This document shows, in pieces, positions 52,101-62,147 of a stretch of DNA of 64,000 nt. How positions within the stretch are numbered: the first letter of the stretch is position 1; each line of letters begins with the position of its first letter. The DNA is from Candidatus Borrarchaeum weybense (GTDB taxonomy: Archaea > Asgardarchaeota > Sifarchaeia > Borrarchaeales > Borrarchaeaceae), in assembly GCA_019057385.1 (NCBI GenBank), contig JAHQJS010000007.1:480001-544000 (forward strand), written 5' to 3'. The position numbers and the translations under genes are program-made. The notes under the pieces were generated by a model that searched no databases, had not been told where the DNA came from, and worked only from the letters and a program-made list of their open reading frames with translations.

Positions 52101-53887
52101 TTCATAAAAGGAAGTGAATCATTCCTACCACGTGGGAATGCACTGTTTTCTTCAAAAGTAACCCATGAGAGTTTAAAATCATCTTTATATTGTGTATAAT
52201 TTCCTAAAAACCAGTCAATAACTTTCTTTGTTACCATACCGCTCCAACCCTGATTCCACGCATTCCATACGCCGAGAGCTCTAGTATCACCATAATTAGG
52301 ATGAATACCGTCAATCGCACACTCTCCATTTGGCAAAGTGCAATTTTCATAATACCAGTTCATCAATTCGAGTAATTTATCTCTTACAAAATAGGGATCA
52401 TCATCATAATTGCCGATTGGAGCGCCTATTCTGTGATAACCTTCCATATAATAGATTTCATACAAATGATTATGTGTAGCATCGTGTATAGTAAGAATAC
52501 AAGTTTCGTTATCAAAACTCCATTGTTCATGGCCATTTCCATAGGTCAAATATTGGGCATCGTTAACATCGTAAACGTCCCAATAGTCTTTTTGTTTAAG
52601 GCAAATAGAAACATCTCCAAGAAATACTGAAATATCTCCAGTAGGCCCTTCATTCTCTAAGGATTTCATACGTGCTTCGAATTGCATAAAGGCATTATGA
52701 GCCCTGAAGTCAGCCCGTCCACTATCTTCGTTATAATAATCTCCATCAGCGTATCCGGAATCAGTGTAATTATCTAACTGTGTCCAAAAAGAATAGCCCA
52801 TAGTTGATCCACAATAAATTAATCGAGGTTCTATCCAAATTCTATATCCTTCTTTCTTTAACGAGATAATTAAATCCCTAAAATTATCTTTACCCCACTT
52901 ACTGTTAATTGGACTTAAGGGATACTTCCAAGCAACATTGATTTGAATTATATCACCTTCTTGTGCTCCACAGCCTTCCATTCGATCCAAAATATACTGT
53001 GTCATATTTGTTTCATCGTATTTTAGATCCCATGCCATAGCGATAGTGCCGCGATAATCATAGACTTCTATTCCCAATGACAAATCTCCAGAAATAGTTA
53101 TGTTTTTACAGTACATTCTCATCCCATAAACCTCACTTGGCGTGGGAGGATAAATTTCAACGTAATAATTACCAGCGGCTATTTCGGTAAAGGTTATTTC
53201 ACCATTTATATCGGCTTGACCATAAGCAGTTTTGTTCCAATGTTCATTCGCCAATTTTACCCAACAATAGCTATAATCTTCTTTCGTTACATCTTCAATT
53301 ATATGAAGTCGTAACTCATAGGATCCTCCTCCAAAGATAGGATCAAAAATAACAGAATCAAATACACTCAAATTTCCACTATATCCAGTAATTTTGAGTG
53401 TATGCCAACCCTCTGGTATCTCCAAATAGTAAAAGGTATCAGTAGTATTCCCTTTAGTGACATTATCCAGTTCTATTTCAAAATAATCGAAATCTCCTGT
53501 AGCATTCCAAGTTGCGTTGACATATTTTGTTGCTAAAATCGTACCATTTAAAGGATGTGTGATTGTTATGTTCAACTCTTCGTTGTTAGTTGTGTTTGAA
53601 TCTAATGCCAGATGGTTAATTCCAGATCCATTATAGGAAATTATATGTGGAGGAATGTCAAAAGGTGCCCATTCTTCAACCGTTTCGGAAGATTGCTCAT
53701 AAATCTCTTCGAAATCATCTAAAGTTAAAACATATTGGGGGGTCTCTATTTCATCAACAGTATTTTCACTTTTTAATAGTTCTTCATCTATTTGTGTTGC
53801 ATTATCGTTTGAAAATGCATGCTGAACTGGAAAGATAAACGTTGAGAACATTAACAAGACTATAATTAACAAAATTCTTTTATTCAT
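49145..53887 (-). CDS. Secreted, C-terminally anchored surface protein with GH112 (lacto-N-biose phosphorylase)-like domain and Ig-like domains
   Basis: Signal peptide; WSFDNETCILTIHDA..HLYEIYY, DWLYFRQK...AKNHN..VILYDGD and LPAQLDFIS...GIPDDCDLLVIAG resemble GH112 segments; two Ig repeats; Gly linker; TM helix plus RRHRR-like basic tail. Confidence 0.65.
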   Translation of the reverse strand: MNKRILLIIVLLMFSTFIFPVQHAFSNDNATQIDEELLKSENTVDEIETPQYVLTLDDFEEIYEQSSETVEEWAPFDIPPHIISYNGSGINHLALDSNTTNNEELNITITHPLNGTILATKYVNATWNATGDFDYFEIELDNVTKGNTTDTFYYLEIPEGWHTLKITGYSGNLSVFDSVIFDPIFGGGSYELRLHIIEDVTKEDYSYCWVKLANEHWNKTAYGQADINGEITFTEIAAGNYYVEIYPPTPSEVYGMRMYCKNITISGDLSLGIEVYDYRGTIAMAWDLKYDETNMTQYILDRMEGCGAQEGDIIQINVAWKYPLSPINSKWGKDNFRDLIISLKKEGYRIWIEPRLIYCGSTMGYSFWTQLDNYTDSGYADGDYYNEDSGRADFRAHNAFMQFEARMKSLENEGPTGDISVFLGDVSICLKQKDYWDVYDVNDAQYLTYGNGHEQWSFDNETCILTIHDATHNHLYEIYYMEGYHRIGAPIGNYDDDPYFVRDKLLELMNWYYENCTLPNGECAIDGIHPNYGDTRALGVWNAWNQGWSGMVTKKVIDWFLGNYTQYKDDFKLSWVTFEENSAFPRGRNDSLPFMNDWLYFRQKLIHNEWYKLLINQAKNHNVSVILYDGDDNRLQSSDLAIRLGADIFEHQKGTNIDDEYFINYVDYWSTRVPFMNDWEETWQDDLDHEGLRATLQRTSAQGTLPAIMYNHQSPYGYNIPEDRYDDYRQAHEDFREVWKTYKQFSDRKIAKVYFMVGVSARQISDFYGAADGTRMTPRLYHKSLFFRLPAQLDFISTYYIEENGIPDDCDLLVIAGQNTGSPDTTYHSLYSDKLNSSVTSYVMDGGAVWFMGDVGRYSTNGTSLGTGYWEQLLGLQCVNASWDEINDNFFVDESHWIINDEEYRGLVDNSEGYQPDLPNMLGEPEWEGLRVNNFADGMYNVTNEANAEYVIIWYGDNSWKMPYLYIRDDIGSGYIAYTPYESSGTYPLDYPMGGRLFETFMRTFYYLTDNTDKVCHVNVTLDAGWVNGFTRDKYMYYTVYNNSYATLVSIYYDSFSSTDFEVRTIPYHTTQVDFSDFMEANKDYLIYVFDRPTSNLGYNSHILDSVELSETNKTLVTDDNGDVLFQKGERFEFTFEREIAHWFIIKEAKYEYISLVYAKASDNIVSVTNEGAIGNIYIINATAHSGTDAEFLVYCNLPVASITINGAPVLFNHDFLTKILSFNHTFASSANIEIETGPDTTAPSISSPADFSYEAGQSGNSISWTIYEPYSDKYNVTRNGTVVQSGAYYGSVLVNVDGLGVGIYTFILYANDSSGNSASDIINITVTPDVTPPTFNSPGDISYEIGTTGNIISWIINEPHPDYYNVTRNGILVQSGSYSSGAQIIINIDGLSIGEYTYIINANDTFGNFASDFLIVTVESSQEEDTGGGGRGSGDQDNLDLIAIINFSETTVFQGDKIFVKIKVFDDENKIISDASVELEILEKIFYAIFDDVDTYTCVIDTTDLNLGMHEITITVKKDGYSTYEEIKVIEIKEMIIPTAINNYISSLFLPIRIGMMSIILGAIFVIIRDQVLRLRHRR

Positions 53888-54412
53888 TCTTTTTAAACCT
53901 ACAAAGCTATTCTGGACTCAGAAATATAATATTCAACCTGCAATAAAAATAGTTGGAAAAATTCAAAATACTGACTCTCCGCTAAGAATTGGATCCTACC
54001 CATCAGAATCATTTAGAGAATTTTTTTTAGCCAGATATTTGCTTGTTTTAAAAAGTTTACGAACAAAAGGGTAAATTCTACGCATTTTTTTAAATGTTGT
54101 AGTAAAACTCTCCGCAAGTCTAGTAAAATCTTCCGCAATATCTTACTTAAAACAGTCAAATCAGTCAACAAACTGTTGAATTTTCGATCCTGAAACCGCA
54201 TGTGTTAATTTATCGAAAATCAAAAATCATATCAAGTTATATGATTCTTAAAAGAAGTAGGAACGTTAGTATTTTCTTTAAATAAAAAACATATATCTAC
54301 GAAAGCACTATGGTCAAGGTAATTGGGTTCAAATGAAGCGATAAACATCTTTAGTAAATTATCAATAAATCTTTTAATTCAAAGTTACTTAAATCATAAG
54401 ATTGGTCTTATT

Positions 54413-54816
54413 ATGGAAAAACTAAACGTGAAGAAGACAAGGAAATTAGATTTATGTGTTTCTTGCGAGATTTGTTCTGCTGTATGTCCTGAAAATTCAA
54501 TTATAATGGAGTATGATTTTGGTCAATTTCTTCCAAAAGTTGATGATGAAAATGTACAAAGTGTGGGCTTTGCTTAGAACTTTGTCCAGGTATTGATATT
54601 GACCCCTTAAATTTCAGATACAACAAAATTACAACTAAGATGCTAGTGGGAGATCCTTTAGAAATTTATACAGCTTTTAGTAAAAATTTAAAAATTAGAA
54701 ATAAGTCCACAAGTGGTGGGTTAATCACTAACTTCATTACTGCACTAATCGAAAATAAATATTTTGTAGTAAATTATCTTAGTATTCCAAGAATCAAGAT
54801 AGTGAAAGTTCAATAG
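54413..54816 (+). pseudogene. Truncated, frameshifted FrhB/FdhB-like (F420 hydrogenase beta) gene
   Basis: CVSCEICSAVCP, then a frameshift near 54550 into CTKCGLCLELCP...IRNKSTSGGLIT, then an early stop. Confidence 0.8.
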
Positions 54817-54993
54817 ATGTGGTGACAAATTAACGGGATTTTTGGCTAATTGCGAATAAAGATGTGTTTGTAAGTCAAATGGATTTCTTAAAATAGTTTT
54901 GGAAGGCCTAAATCGTGGTTTTACATTTTGTACGTGAAGGTTTTTACCAAAAATCATAAGAACTACGAATTTCGATGTCAATGATAGATAACC

Positions 54994-55266
54994 ATGAAAT
55001 CATATATTGTAACCCCGTTCAGTAAACTTGAAAAAAACTCAAATACTTCCACAGAAAACTTTGATGAGATTAATGCGGCGATTAAGTCTTTCCTGAAAAA
55101 ACCATCTATTTTAGCAGAATTAGAAAAACCATTTGAAAAAGTAATAGGGTACAATTTTTTTAACAAAGAGCTAGATAACAGTTTTGATGAGAAAGTCAAA
55201 GAGTTAATCGCTAGCGGTATAATGTTCAAAATTGATGAATACGGAAAAATGATTGTACTTGATTAG
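54994..55266 (+). CDS. Hypothetical protein
   Basis: 90-aa ATG-started ORF with plausible composition. Confidence 0.45.
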   Translation: MKSYIVTPFSKLEKNSNTSTENFDEINAAIKSFLKKPSILAELEKPFEKVIGYNFFNKELDNSFDEKVKELIASGIMFKIDEYGKMIVLD

Positions 55267-55622
55267 AGATTAATGATTGTGAGTAACGAATACTGATTTT
55301 TGACATGCCAAAACAAATCTTCAATACATTGAAAAAGACTACAGCATATCCCTATTTTGCTATAAGATATTGTGATAGTATCAAAAATGTATACGCTTTT
55401 TCAACATATCATTTGAAAAGATTATAATTAAGATATATATTATGACTAGGTATTTGCGAATATTACAATTATTAACAGAAAAACTGCGAACCTGTCCACA
55501 ATCTTTTTTAGACCGTGTATGGTATAAACACACAAGGATATTGTATTTGCCTATTATATGACTTCATCCAAATTTGTAGACTATATGTGCTTTGAAGCGC
55601 TTTATGAAGGAGGAAGTTAATT

Positions 55623-56237
55623 ATGGGGCTTTTTAACCGAGTTAAGAGAAATAACGAAGAAGAAAACCCAGAAATGCAAAAGGAAGAAGTTATAGACACC
55701 AATTCTCCAGAAATTCCTCCTGAAATGGAACAAGAGCATGAAATAGAAGAAATTGTGGAAGAAAAAGACGTTGAAACAACCATCTCTGACGCTAATGCAG
55801 AACATCTAGAAGAAGAGAAAGAAGGTGAGACTGTACCGATTGAGACCACTGAGATAGTTGAGCAACAGGAAGAAGAATTAAAAGAAGAAAATGTAGAAGT
55901 AACAGTAGCGAAGGAAGTTAAGAAAGAAGTACATATGTCAGTACCTGAAGAACAAGACGTTGTTGACGTAGGTATTATTGAAATGGAAGATATTCCAGAA
56001 ACTGAAACCGAGCGTGTTGATCCCTTAGTTGATTCATCAAAGAAGTACTACTCTGATGTTAAATTAAGCGTATTAGAGAAGCGGCTAGATACGCTTCTTC
56101 ATACGAAAAAACAACTGCTCAGCAATCCAAAACCAGACAACAAGAAACTAGAGGAAATTATGCTATGTATTCAAGTCATTAAAAGTGAAATAGACGATGT
56201 AAAATATGAAGCGTGCCGTTTTTCTTCAGAAGTATAA
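55623..56237 (+). CDS. Acidic low-complexity protein with C-terminal helical hairpin
   Basis: GGAGG RBS; MGLF start; Glu-rich body. Confidence 0.7.
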   Translation: MGLFNRVKRNNEEENPEMQKEEVIDTNSPEIPPEMEQEHEIEEIVEEKDVETTISDANAEHLEEEKEGETVPIETTEIVEQQEEELKEENVEVTVAKEVKKEVHMSVPEEQDVVDVGIIEMEDIPETETERVDPLVDSSKKYYSDVKLSVLEKRLDTLLHTKKQLLSNPKPDNKKLEEIMLCIQVIKSEIDDVKYEACRFSSEV

Positions 56238-56476
56238 TAGCTATTTTAGACAAAGTATATTGCAGTTAACTCTTTTTAAGTTGAACTTTTATCAGGATAT
56301 TACACATCGTCTTTTAATAGGTTAGTTTATTTCCTTCTTAGATTTACTTTTTACTTTTACGTTTATAAACAATATTTTTCTTAGAAGTGCTCACACAAAA
56401 GCGTGTAGCTCTTTAAGATAAAGATTAACAATATCCGCTAATCTAGTTAAGTGCTTTCTATTTCGAGCTAAATTAA

Positions 56477-56725
56477 TTAACGGGAGTATCCTTTTTCAAG
56501 AACGACTCCTGAAAGGGCAAATATATAGACTACCCCATTTATGAATACACTTTGCGTGAGGTTATTTGCAGTCCATATAAATCCTGCACTATAAAGGAAT
56601 GGATCAAAAACACTGGCAACAATTAAAATAGCAGAAAAAGTCATTAGAGCGGACTTCCATCCGCTATATTTTGCAAGGTGGTAGGCAAGTAATAAGAAAC
56701 CCAATCCTTCGACTAGATACAACAT
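56477..56725 (-). CDS. Small membrane protein
   Basis: 82 aa with three hydrophobic segments. Confidence 0.55.
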   Translation of the reverse strand: MLYLVEGLGFLLLAYHLAKYSGWKSALMTFSAILIVASVFDPFLYSAGFIWTANNLTQSVFINGVVYIFALSGVVLEKGYSR

Positions 56726-56881
56726 ATGCTTTTAAGACGCCAATATAATAAATAATTTCTGGGAAAAACTTTCGTACATCTAGTAAAAGTCTTCGCATTA
56801 TTTTTTTAAAAACTAGAGAGTTTTTCGCTCCTTTAAACAAGGTTTCTAAGGGATTTCTTGGTATAATACAAATGAGACTAC

Positions 56882-58232
56882 GTGAACTACCACCCTACAA
56901 GTAGGGTGGCTTCCTGAATCATCCATTCCCCAGCGGGACATGTCAAACAGGCTCTACGGGCAGTTCCTGCCCTGATGGTGATGATGATGATGAGAGTGAT
57001 GTGTCATAGTGAGTGGATCGCTGTAACACCGTGATGGCAGAATTTTGATCTTTGACTAACACCAACCCACAGTACGGACAGCTGTGGATACGGGTTGCCA
57101 GTGTTTTCGGCACCAGTTTGCCACACCTACTGCACAATTGTGTGGTGTGATAAGCACTCACATACTCTACCAGCGTACCAGCTTCCTCCGCTTTGTACTC
57201 GGTAAAACGCATGAGTTGCCCCCAACTGGCGTCACTAATCGACTTTGCTAAATGATGGTTCTTCACCATGTTGGTGATCCTAAGCTGCTCATACACAATC
57301 AGGTCATACGTATCGACCAGTTTCCGACTGAGTTTATGATGAAAGTCCTTCCGCTGATTACGTATCTTTCTGTGTACCTGTGCTACCTTCCTGTTCTGCT
57401 TGTGGCGGTTACGTGAGCCCTTCAGCTTCCTGTCTTTTCTTCGCTGCACTTTAGCAAGTTGATTCTCCGAGTGTCTCAACCAACGGGGGTTGTCTATGGT
57501 GTCGCCATTATTGAATGTCAGTAAATTCGTCAACCCCACATCCACACCTATTGCCTTCTGTATGGCTCTCTGAGAAGAGTCAGGAGGCGCAGGATCAGGC
57601 AGTTCGACTGAAAAACAGGCATATCAGTGGTCAACATCGCGTTTGATAGTACAGGTCTTGATCTCGCCTTCAGATGGGATAGCTCGGTGGAGTTTAATGG
57701 AAATATTCCCGATTTTCGAGAGGCGAAGTTTCTTGTTGTTCTCTTCAAGAACAAAACCGCTTTGAGGATAGGTGAAGGAGTCATACCTGTAGTTCCCTTT
57801 AAAGCGTGGGTAACCTGCTTTTTCACCGTTGTTAAGGCGTCGAAAAAAGTGCTGGAAGGTTTTATCCAGGCGTCTCAGCACGTCTTGCAGTACCTGTGAG
57901 TGCAGCGCTTGCAAAAACGGAGTGGTCTGTTTGGTGTCTGTGAGTTGGTTGGCTTGCTCGGTATAGGTAACCGACCGTTGTTCGGTTGTCCATGCATTTC
58001 TGCGCTCAGCAAGTGAGGTATTATACAACATACGGCAGGTAGTCAGCCATTGCCTTAGGATAGCCTGCTGTGATTTGGTGGGATACAGGCGAAATTTATA
58101 AGTGCGGTTCATAGTAGGTAGTATCCGCACACTACTATTTAAACTGAGAGACACTATGCTGAAAGTGAAACCCGTAAAACACAGGCGATTCATCCACCCA
58201 ACAAGTTGGGTGGTCTTCTCGCCAGCTAAGCT
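56882..58232 (-). mobile_element. IS200/IS605-family element carrying tnpB only (no tnpA)
   Basis: Higher GC than flanks; subterminal hairpins ccaccctac-aa-gtagggtgg and ccacccaac-aa-gttgggtgg; right end TTCAC; TTTAT motif at the left junction. Confidence 0.88.
56943..58112 (-). pseudogene. tnpB: TnpB RNA-guided nuclease with one in-frame TGA at 57624-57626
   Basis: MNRTYKFRLYPT; GYPRFK; DH*YACFSV; GVDVG; VYEQL; CSRC/CPYC. The two track ORFs are in the same frame. Confidence 0.92.
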
Positions 58233-58272
58233 ATAAAATAGTTGTTGATCTTTCTAATCATGAAGGGATACA

Positions 58273-58416
58273 ATGAAATGCCAAATGTTAAAATCATATT
58301 TTTCTGTTAAAGATACAGGAGTGAAGAATATTCGACTTGGAAATATAGGAGTTTTTGCTAAAACCCAAGATGATTGGAATGCACTATTAGCTCTCGCAGG
58401 TGAAGATGCAATTTAA
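58273..58416 (+). pseudogene. Probable C-terminal gene remnant (radical SAM activase-like tail) beside the IS
   Basis: KDTGVKNIRLGNIGVFAKTQDDW recalls radical SAM C-termini; recognised from memory only. Confidence 0.3.
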
Positions 58417-58446
58417 GGTGTGTAATTTCTCAGGAAAGGTGCTGTA

Positions 58447-59547
58447 ATGAGTAATAGAAATGATGAAGATATTGTTGATCGTATTGTTTTACGGCAAGCC
58501 TTGATGACAGTTATTTCAAACTTTGAAGACGTTCTGAGAGAAAATGTCTATGAAACAACTGCTCAAACACCTCAGGTAATTGATGTGCGCGATGTAGATG
58601 AAGTCACTAGATTTGGAGCAACTGGACAGGTTCATCTGGTAACTATCGATTTTAGTAGTGAATTTGGCGCACATCAAACAATGTGGGCTATAAAATTCTC
58701 TTCTAGTGGAGAAAAAGTCTTCTCAGAAGCATCTAACTCGCGCTGGTTATTTAAACAATTAGAATATTTAAATTATGGTAACCTACGTACTCCAAAACTA
58801 CTTTTTGCCTTTCCGGAAGAGAAAATTTTGATATACGAAGGAATTCATGGTGATACATATTTTCAAGCTGATGTAGCACCAAGAAAGAAGGCAGTGCTTG
58901 CAGGGCGACTATTAGCTGCAATTCATGGGTCACCTACGCGTTCAGTTGATGCTGAAAGTTATGAAAACCTCATGGCCTTAATGTTGTTAGACTTGCCGAT
59001 CTCTGCTTTGCGAAGAGAAGTTATTGGTAAGGCAAGTTCGATATATTTTGAGGAAATGAAAGACTCAATAGGTGGAGGCAATATTTTTGGTGATTACCAC
59101 CAAAGAAATGTAATACTTAGTAGAGAAAAACAAAATACTCATTTGCAAAAAATCTATGTTATCGACCCTGAATACATGATGTTTGCAGATAATTGCCGAT
59201 GTGAAGATATTGCTAACTTTTTTGTTTTTCAACTCATTGAAGAGTATAAAAATACACATTCAATAGATGAGACACGATCTGCGCTGCATTTTTTTCTTTT
59301 AGGATATAACCAAGTTCTCAGGGACTTTAATCTATCACTTAATGAATTATATCCACACATGCCATTAGAATTTCATTTAGCATATCATATTTTCATAAAT
59401 ATTCGAATGAGGATAAAACGCTCTAGACAGAAATTGAAAGGATCTAAGCAGGTAAATAAACGTTCCGTACAAGACTTCATTGCAGAGGTTAAAGAATTAA
59501 TTTCTCTTGCAGAGTTTTTGTTAAAAGAACGTCCTCTGACAAGTTAA
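58447..59547 (+). CDS. Aminoglycoside phosphotransferase / protein kinase-like fold protein
   Basis: WAIK; GDYHQRNVIL; IDPE; EDIA. Confidence 0.75.
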   Translation: MSNRNDEDIVDRIVLRQALMTVISNFEDVLRENVYETTAQTPQVIDVRDVDEVTRFGATGQVHLVTIDFSSEFGAHQTMWAIKFSSSGEKVFSEASNSRWLFKQLEYLNYGNLRTPKLLFAFPEEKILIYEGIHGDTYFQADVAPRKKAVLAGRLLAAIHGSPTRSVDAESYENLMALMLLDLPISALRREVIGKASSIYFEEMKDSIGGGNIFGDYHQRNVILSREKQNTHLQKIYVIDPEYMMFADNCRCEDIANFFVFQLIEEYKNTHSIDETRSALHFFLLGYNQVLRDFNLSLNELYPHMPLEFHLAYHIFINIRMRIKRSRQKLKGSKQVNKRSVQDFIAEVKELISLAEFLLKERPLTS

Positions 59548-59640
59548 CTCTAGAATTGATCAAATGATATTTAATGACCTGAGTGTTGACTTTTCTTTTC
59601 CGTTAATAACTTGTGCAATGTTAAGCAAGACATAATTTAT

Positions 59641-59692
59641 GTGAACTACCTCACGCTGAAGCTGTGGTGCTTTCTTGCTTAGTTGTCTGTAA
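59641..59692. mobile_element. Short IS605-end-derived palindromic remnant (MITE-like)
   Basis: Begins gtgaactacc like the tnpB element end; imperfect hairpin; ends at GTAA. Confidence 0.55.
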
Positions 59693-59766
59693 CTTTGATC
59701 TTGTCTAATATCATTTCAAATTCACACCTTTCATACTAATTCATTTATAAAACATATAATTAGAAC

Positions 59767-60639
59767 TTGGCTATACAGTCTTTCACATTCAGAGGATATT
59801 TCTTTTCAAATTTCAATGAAAATGGCGAACCGAAAATGAAACAGTCGAAACAATCTGAAATAGAAACTGAATCTAGAAGCAAAAGAATCGAAAATTCCAC
59901 TCCTAAATCGTTAAGTGTTTCGATTGTCATCCCTGCAAGAAATGAAGAAACAAACATAGCTCAGCTGATTTCGAGGATTGAAAAGATATTTTCTTCTAGT
60001 CGTCCCAAAGGCAGTTTTGAAATAGTTTTAGTTAACGATAATAGCAATGACAGGACAGGAGAAATCGCAGAACAGTTAAGCAATGTTTATGGGAATATCC
60101 AAGTTATTCATAGGACAAAAGATCCAGGATTTGGACGTGCAATAAAGACAGGGCTCAGAAGTGCACGAAAAGATGTTATAATTCCGATGATGGGTGATAA
60201 TTGTGATGATCCAGCAGATGCACTGAAGATGCTTGAAGAAATAGAAAAGGGCTTTGACTTTATAGTAGGTACACGATATAACAGAGGAAATATTAGTGGT
60301 ATGTCAATATTAAAAAGAATTTCTAGTCAAGGTTTTACTGTGTTTAGTAACTTCTTAGGAGTTTCAATGAGTGACATTTGTAATGCCTTTAAAGCTTATA
60401 GGAGATATGTAATTAAGCGAGTTAATCCAAAATCAGATGGCTTTCAGATTTTAGTAGAACTACCTTTGACAGCATATCTACTAGGCTATCGCTTCAAAGA
60501 AATATCAGTGTCGTGGCAAGCAAAAAAACGTACTAGTAAACGGAGTGTAATAAGACGAGGGCCTAAGTATTTAAAAAAGGCATTAGAACTACTAGCAAAA
60601 TTTAAATTTAGGAAATGTGAACTACCACCCTACAAGTAG
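59767..60639 (+). CDS. GT2 glycosyltransferase (dolichol-phosphate mannose synthase-like)
   Basis: SIVIPARNEE; VNDNSNDRT; GFGRAIKTG; MGDNCDDP; FKAYRR. True start may be ATG 59836. Confidence 0.9.
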   Translation: MAIQSFTFRGYFFSNFNENGEPKMKQSKQSEIETESRSKRIENSTPKSLSVSIVIPARNEETNIAQLISRIEKIFSSSRPKGSFEIVLVNDNSNDRTGEIAEQLSNVYGNIQVIHRTKDPGFGRAIKTGLRSARKDVIIPMMGDNCDDPADALKMLEEIEKGFDFIVGTRYNRGNISGMSILKRISSQGFTVFSNFLGVSMSDICNAFKAYRRYVIKRVNPKSDGFQILVELPLTAYLLGYRFKEISVSWQAKKRTSKRSVIRRGPKYLKKALELLAKFKFRKCELPPYK

Positions 60640-60665
60640 AATGGCTTCCAGAGCAGGAGTTGTGA
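60617..60665. mobile_element. IS605 right-end remnant
   Basis: gtgaactaccaccctacaagtag is identical over 23 nt to 56882-56904, followed by tggcttcc. Confidence 0.75.
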
Positions 60666-60930
60666 GTCAATTACCCCCACTCTGAAGGGTAGGGGCTTGT
60701 TCCTTGAGGGACGAGAGTAATTAGTTGATTAGCCTAAGAGAGGTCATGGTGAAACACACATGGCGACATTTACGTTATCAGGGGAGTTAAAGAACACACC
60801 AAGGGATGCTTCTCTAGTCCCTTGCTCTGTAAACGGTGGTTTAAACAGAGAGGAAACTCTCAGTGATCATCGTAGAGTACTGACTGATAACCTTGGCGAA
60901 GAGAACCAACCGACTTTAAAGCAATTTAAA
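60666..60930 (+). ncRNA. omega-RNA (HEARO-like) scaffold upstream of iscB
   Basis: GTCAATTA...TTAGTTGATT pairing, cccc/gggg hairpin, typical tacgtt...acacc..gggatgc...agtcc..gctct blocks; 3' boundary approximate. Confidence 0.8.
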
Positions 60931-60944
60931 GGAGGAGATAGGAC

Positions 60945-62147
60945 TTGAGAGTACCTATCTATGTGTTGAACTTGAGAGGGCAACCGCTCATGCCTACCAC
61001 ACAACATACCGGAAAGAAATTATTAAAGGAAGGCAAGGCACACGCTGTTCAGCGATGCCCTTTTACCATTCAGTTGAACTATGCCACTGGAGAAAGTAAG
61101 CAACCGATTAAACTTGGAATGGACCCGGGATATATGAAAATCGGGTTTAGCGCCAAGACCGACACATTAGAAGTCATCAGTGGCACATTGACGCTGCGCA
61201 AAGATGTGTCTACCAAACTACAAGCACGACGCAGCTATCGTAGAACGCGTCGAGCTAGCTTAGGGTATAGGCCACCTCGATTTAATAACCGAACACAACC
61301 TGAAGGCTGGTTAGCCCCCAGTATTCAGCATAAACAAGAGTCACATATTCGATTAGTTGAAACACTGGCAACCCTGCTACCGTTCAGCTACAAAAGGATA
61401 GAGGTGGACAATTTTGATACACACAAAATGCAGAATCCTGAAATTACAGGCGTAGAGTATCAGCAGGGCGAACTTCAGGGTTACGAAGTCAAAGAATATC
61501 TGTTAGATAAGTGGGGGCGTACATGCGCCTATTATGGCAAAACAAACGTTCCCTTAGAAGTCGAGCATATTATCCCGAAAAGCAGAGGTGGAACTGACCG
61601 AGTGTCGAATTTGACGATCTCATGCAGGAAATGCAATCTAAAGAAAGGAGATAAAACCGCCGAGGAGTTCGGCTCCCCCCACCTCCAGCAACAGGCTACA
61701 CAACCGCTTAAAGCACCAGCCTGTCTAAATAATATTCGTTGGAAGTTAGTAGAGCAGTTAGACGCAGAGTATACCTACGGATACGTCACCAAATACCACC
61801 GCAATAAGTTAGGTTTAGAAAAGTCTCATGTGAATGACGCGTTCGTCATTGCCGGCGGAACCAACCAAGAACGCTGTAGACCGTATGAGATCATCCAAGT
61901 GAGGCGTAATAATCGTTCGCTACAGACGAACCGAAAGGGATTCAAACCATCTATTAGGAGACAAAAATACCCGCTGCAACCGTACGACCTTGTCATGTAT
62001 AATAATAGAATATATAGAGTAAAAGGCGTCCATTGTTACGGAAAATGAGTTGTATTGGACAATCCTAAAGGAAAAAATCCCAGTGTCGCAATTAACAACG
62101 TGAAGTTGATAACATATGGCAAAGGGTTATTATTCAGTTTATGCTAG
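60945..62147 (+). pseudogene. iscB: IscB RNA-guided nuclease with premature TGA at 62046-62048
   Basis: PLMP; GMDPG (RuvC-I); Arg-rich bridge helix; EHIIPKSRGG..N..C..CN (HNH); SHVNDA. The frame continues 32 codons beyond the TGA to TAG at 62147. Confidence 0.9.

Noticed and set aside
56972-56992. (TGA)n microsatellite at the tnpB 3' end
   Set aside because: Short Ser-coding run in the region overlapping the right-end RNA; no evidence of a separate function.
60760-60948. 62-aa ORF upstream of iscB
   Set aside because: Overlaps the omega-RNA scaffold; likely spurious.
57624-62048. TGA-to-Trp or selenocysteine recoding
   Set aside because: Host genes terminate at TGA, Trp is encoded by TGG throughout, and the positions are not Cys sites.
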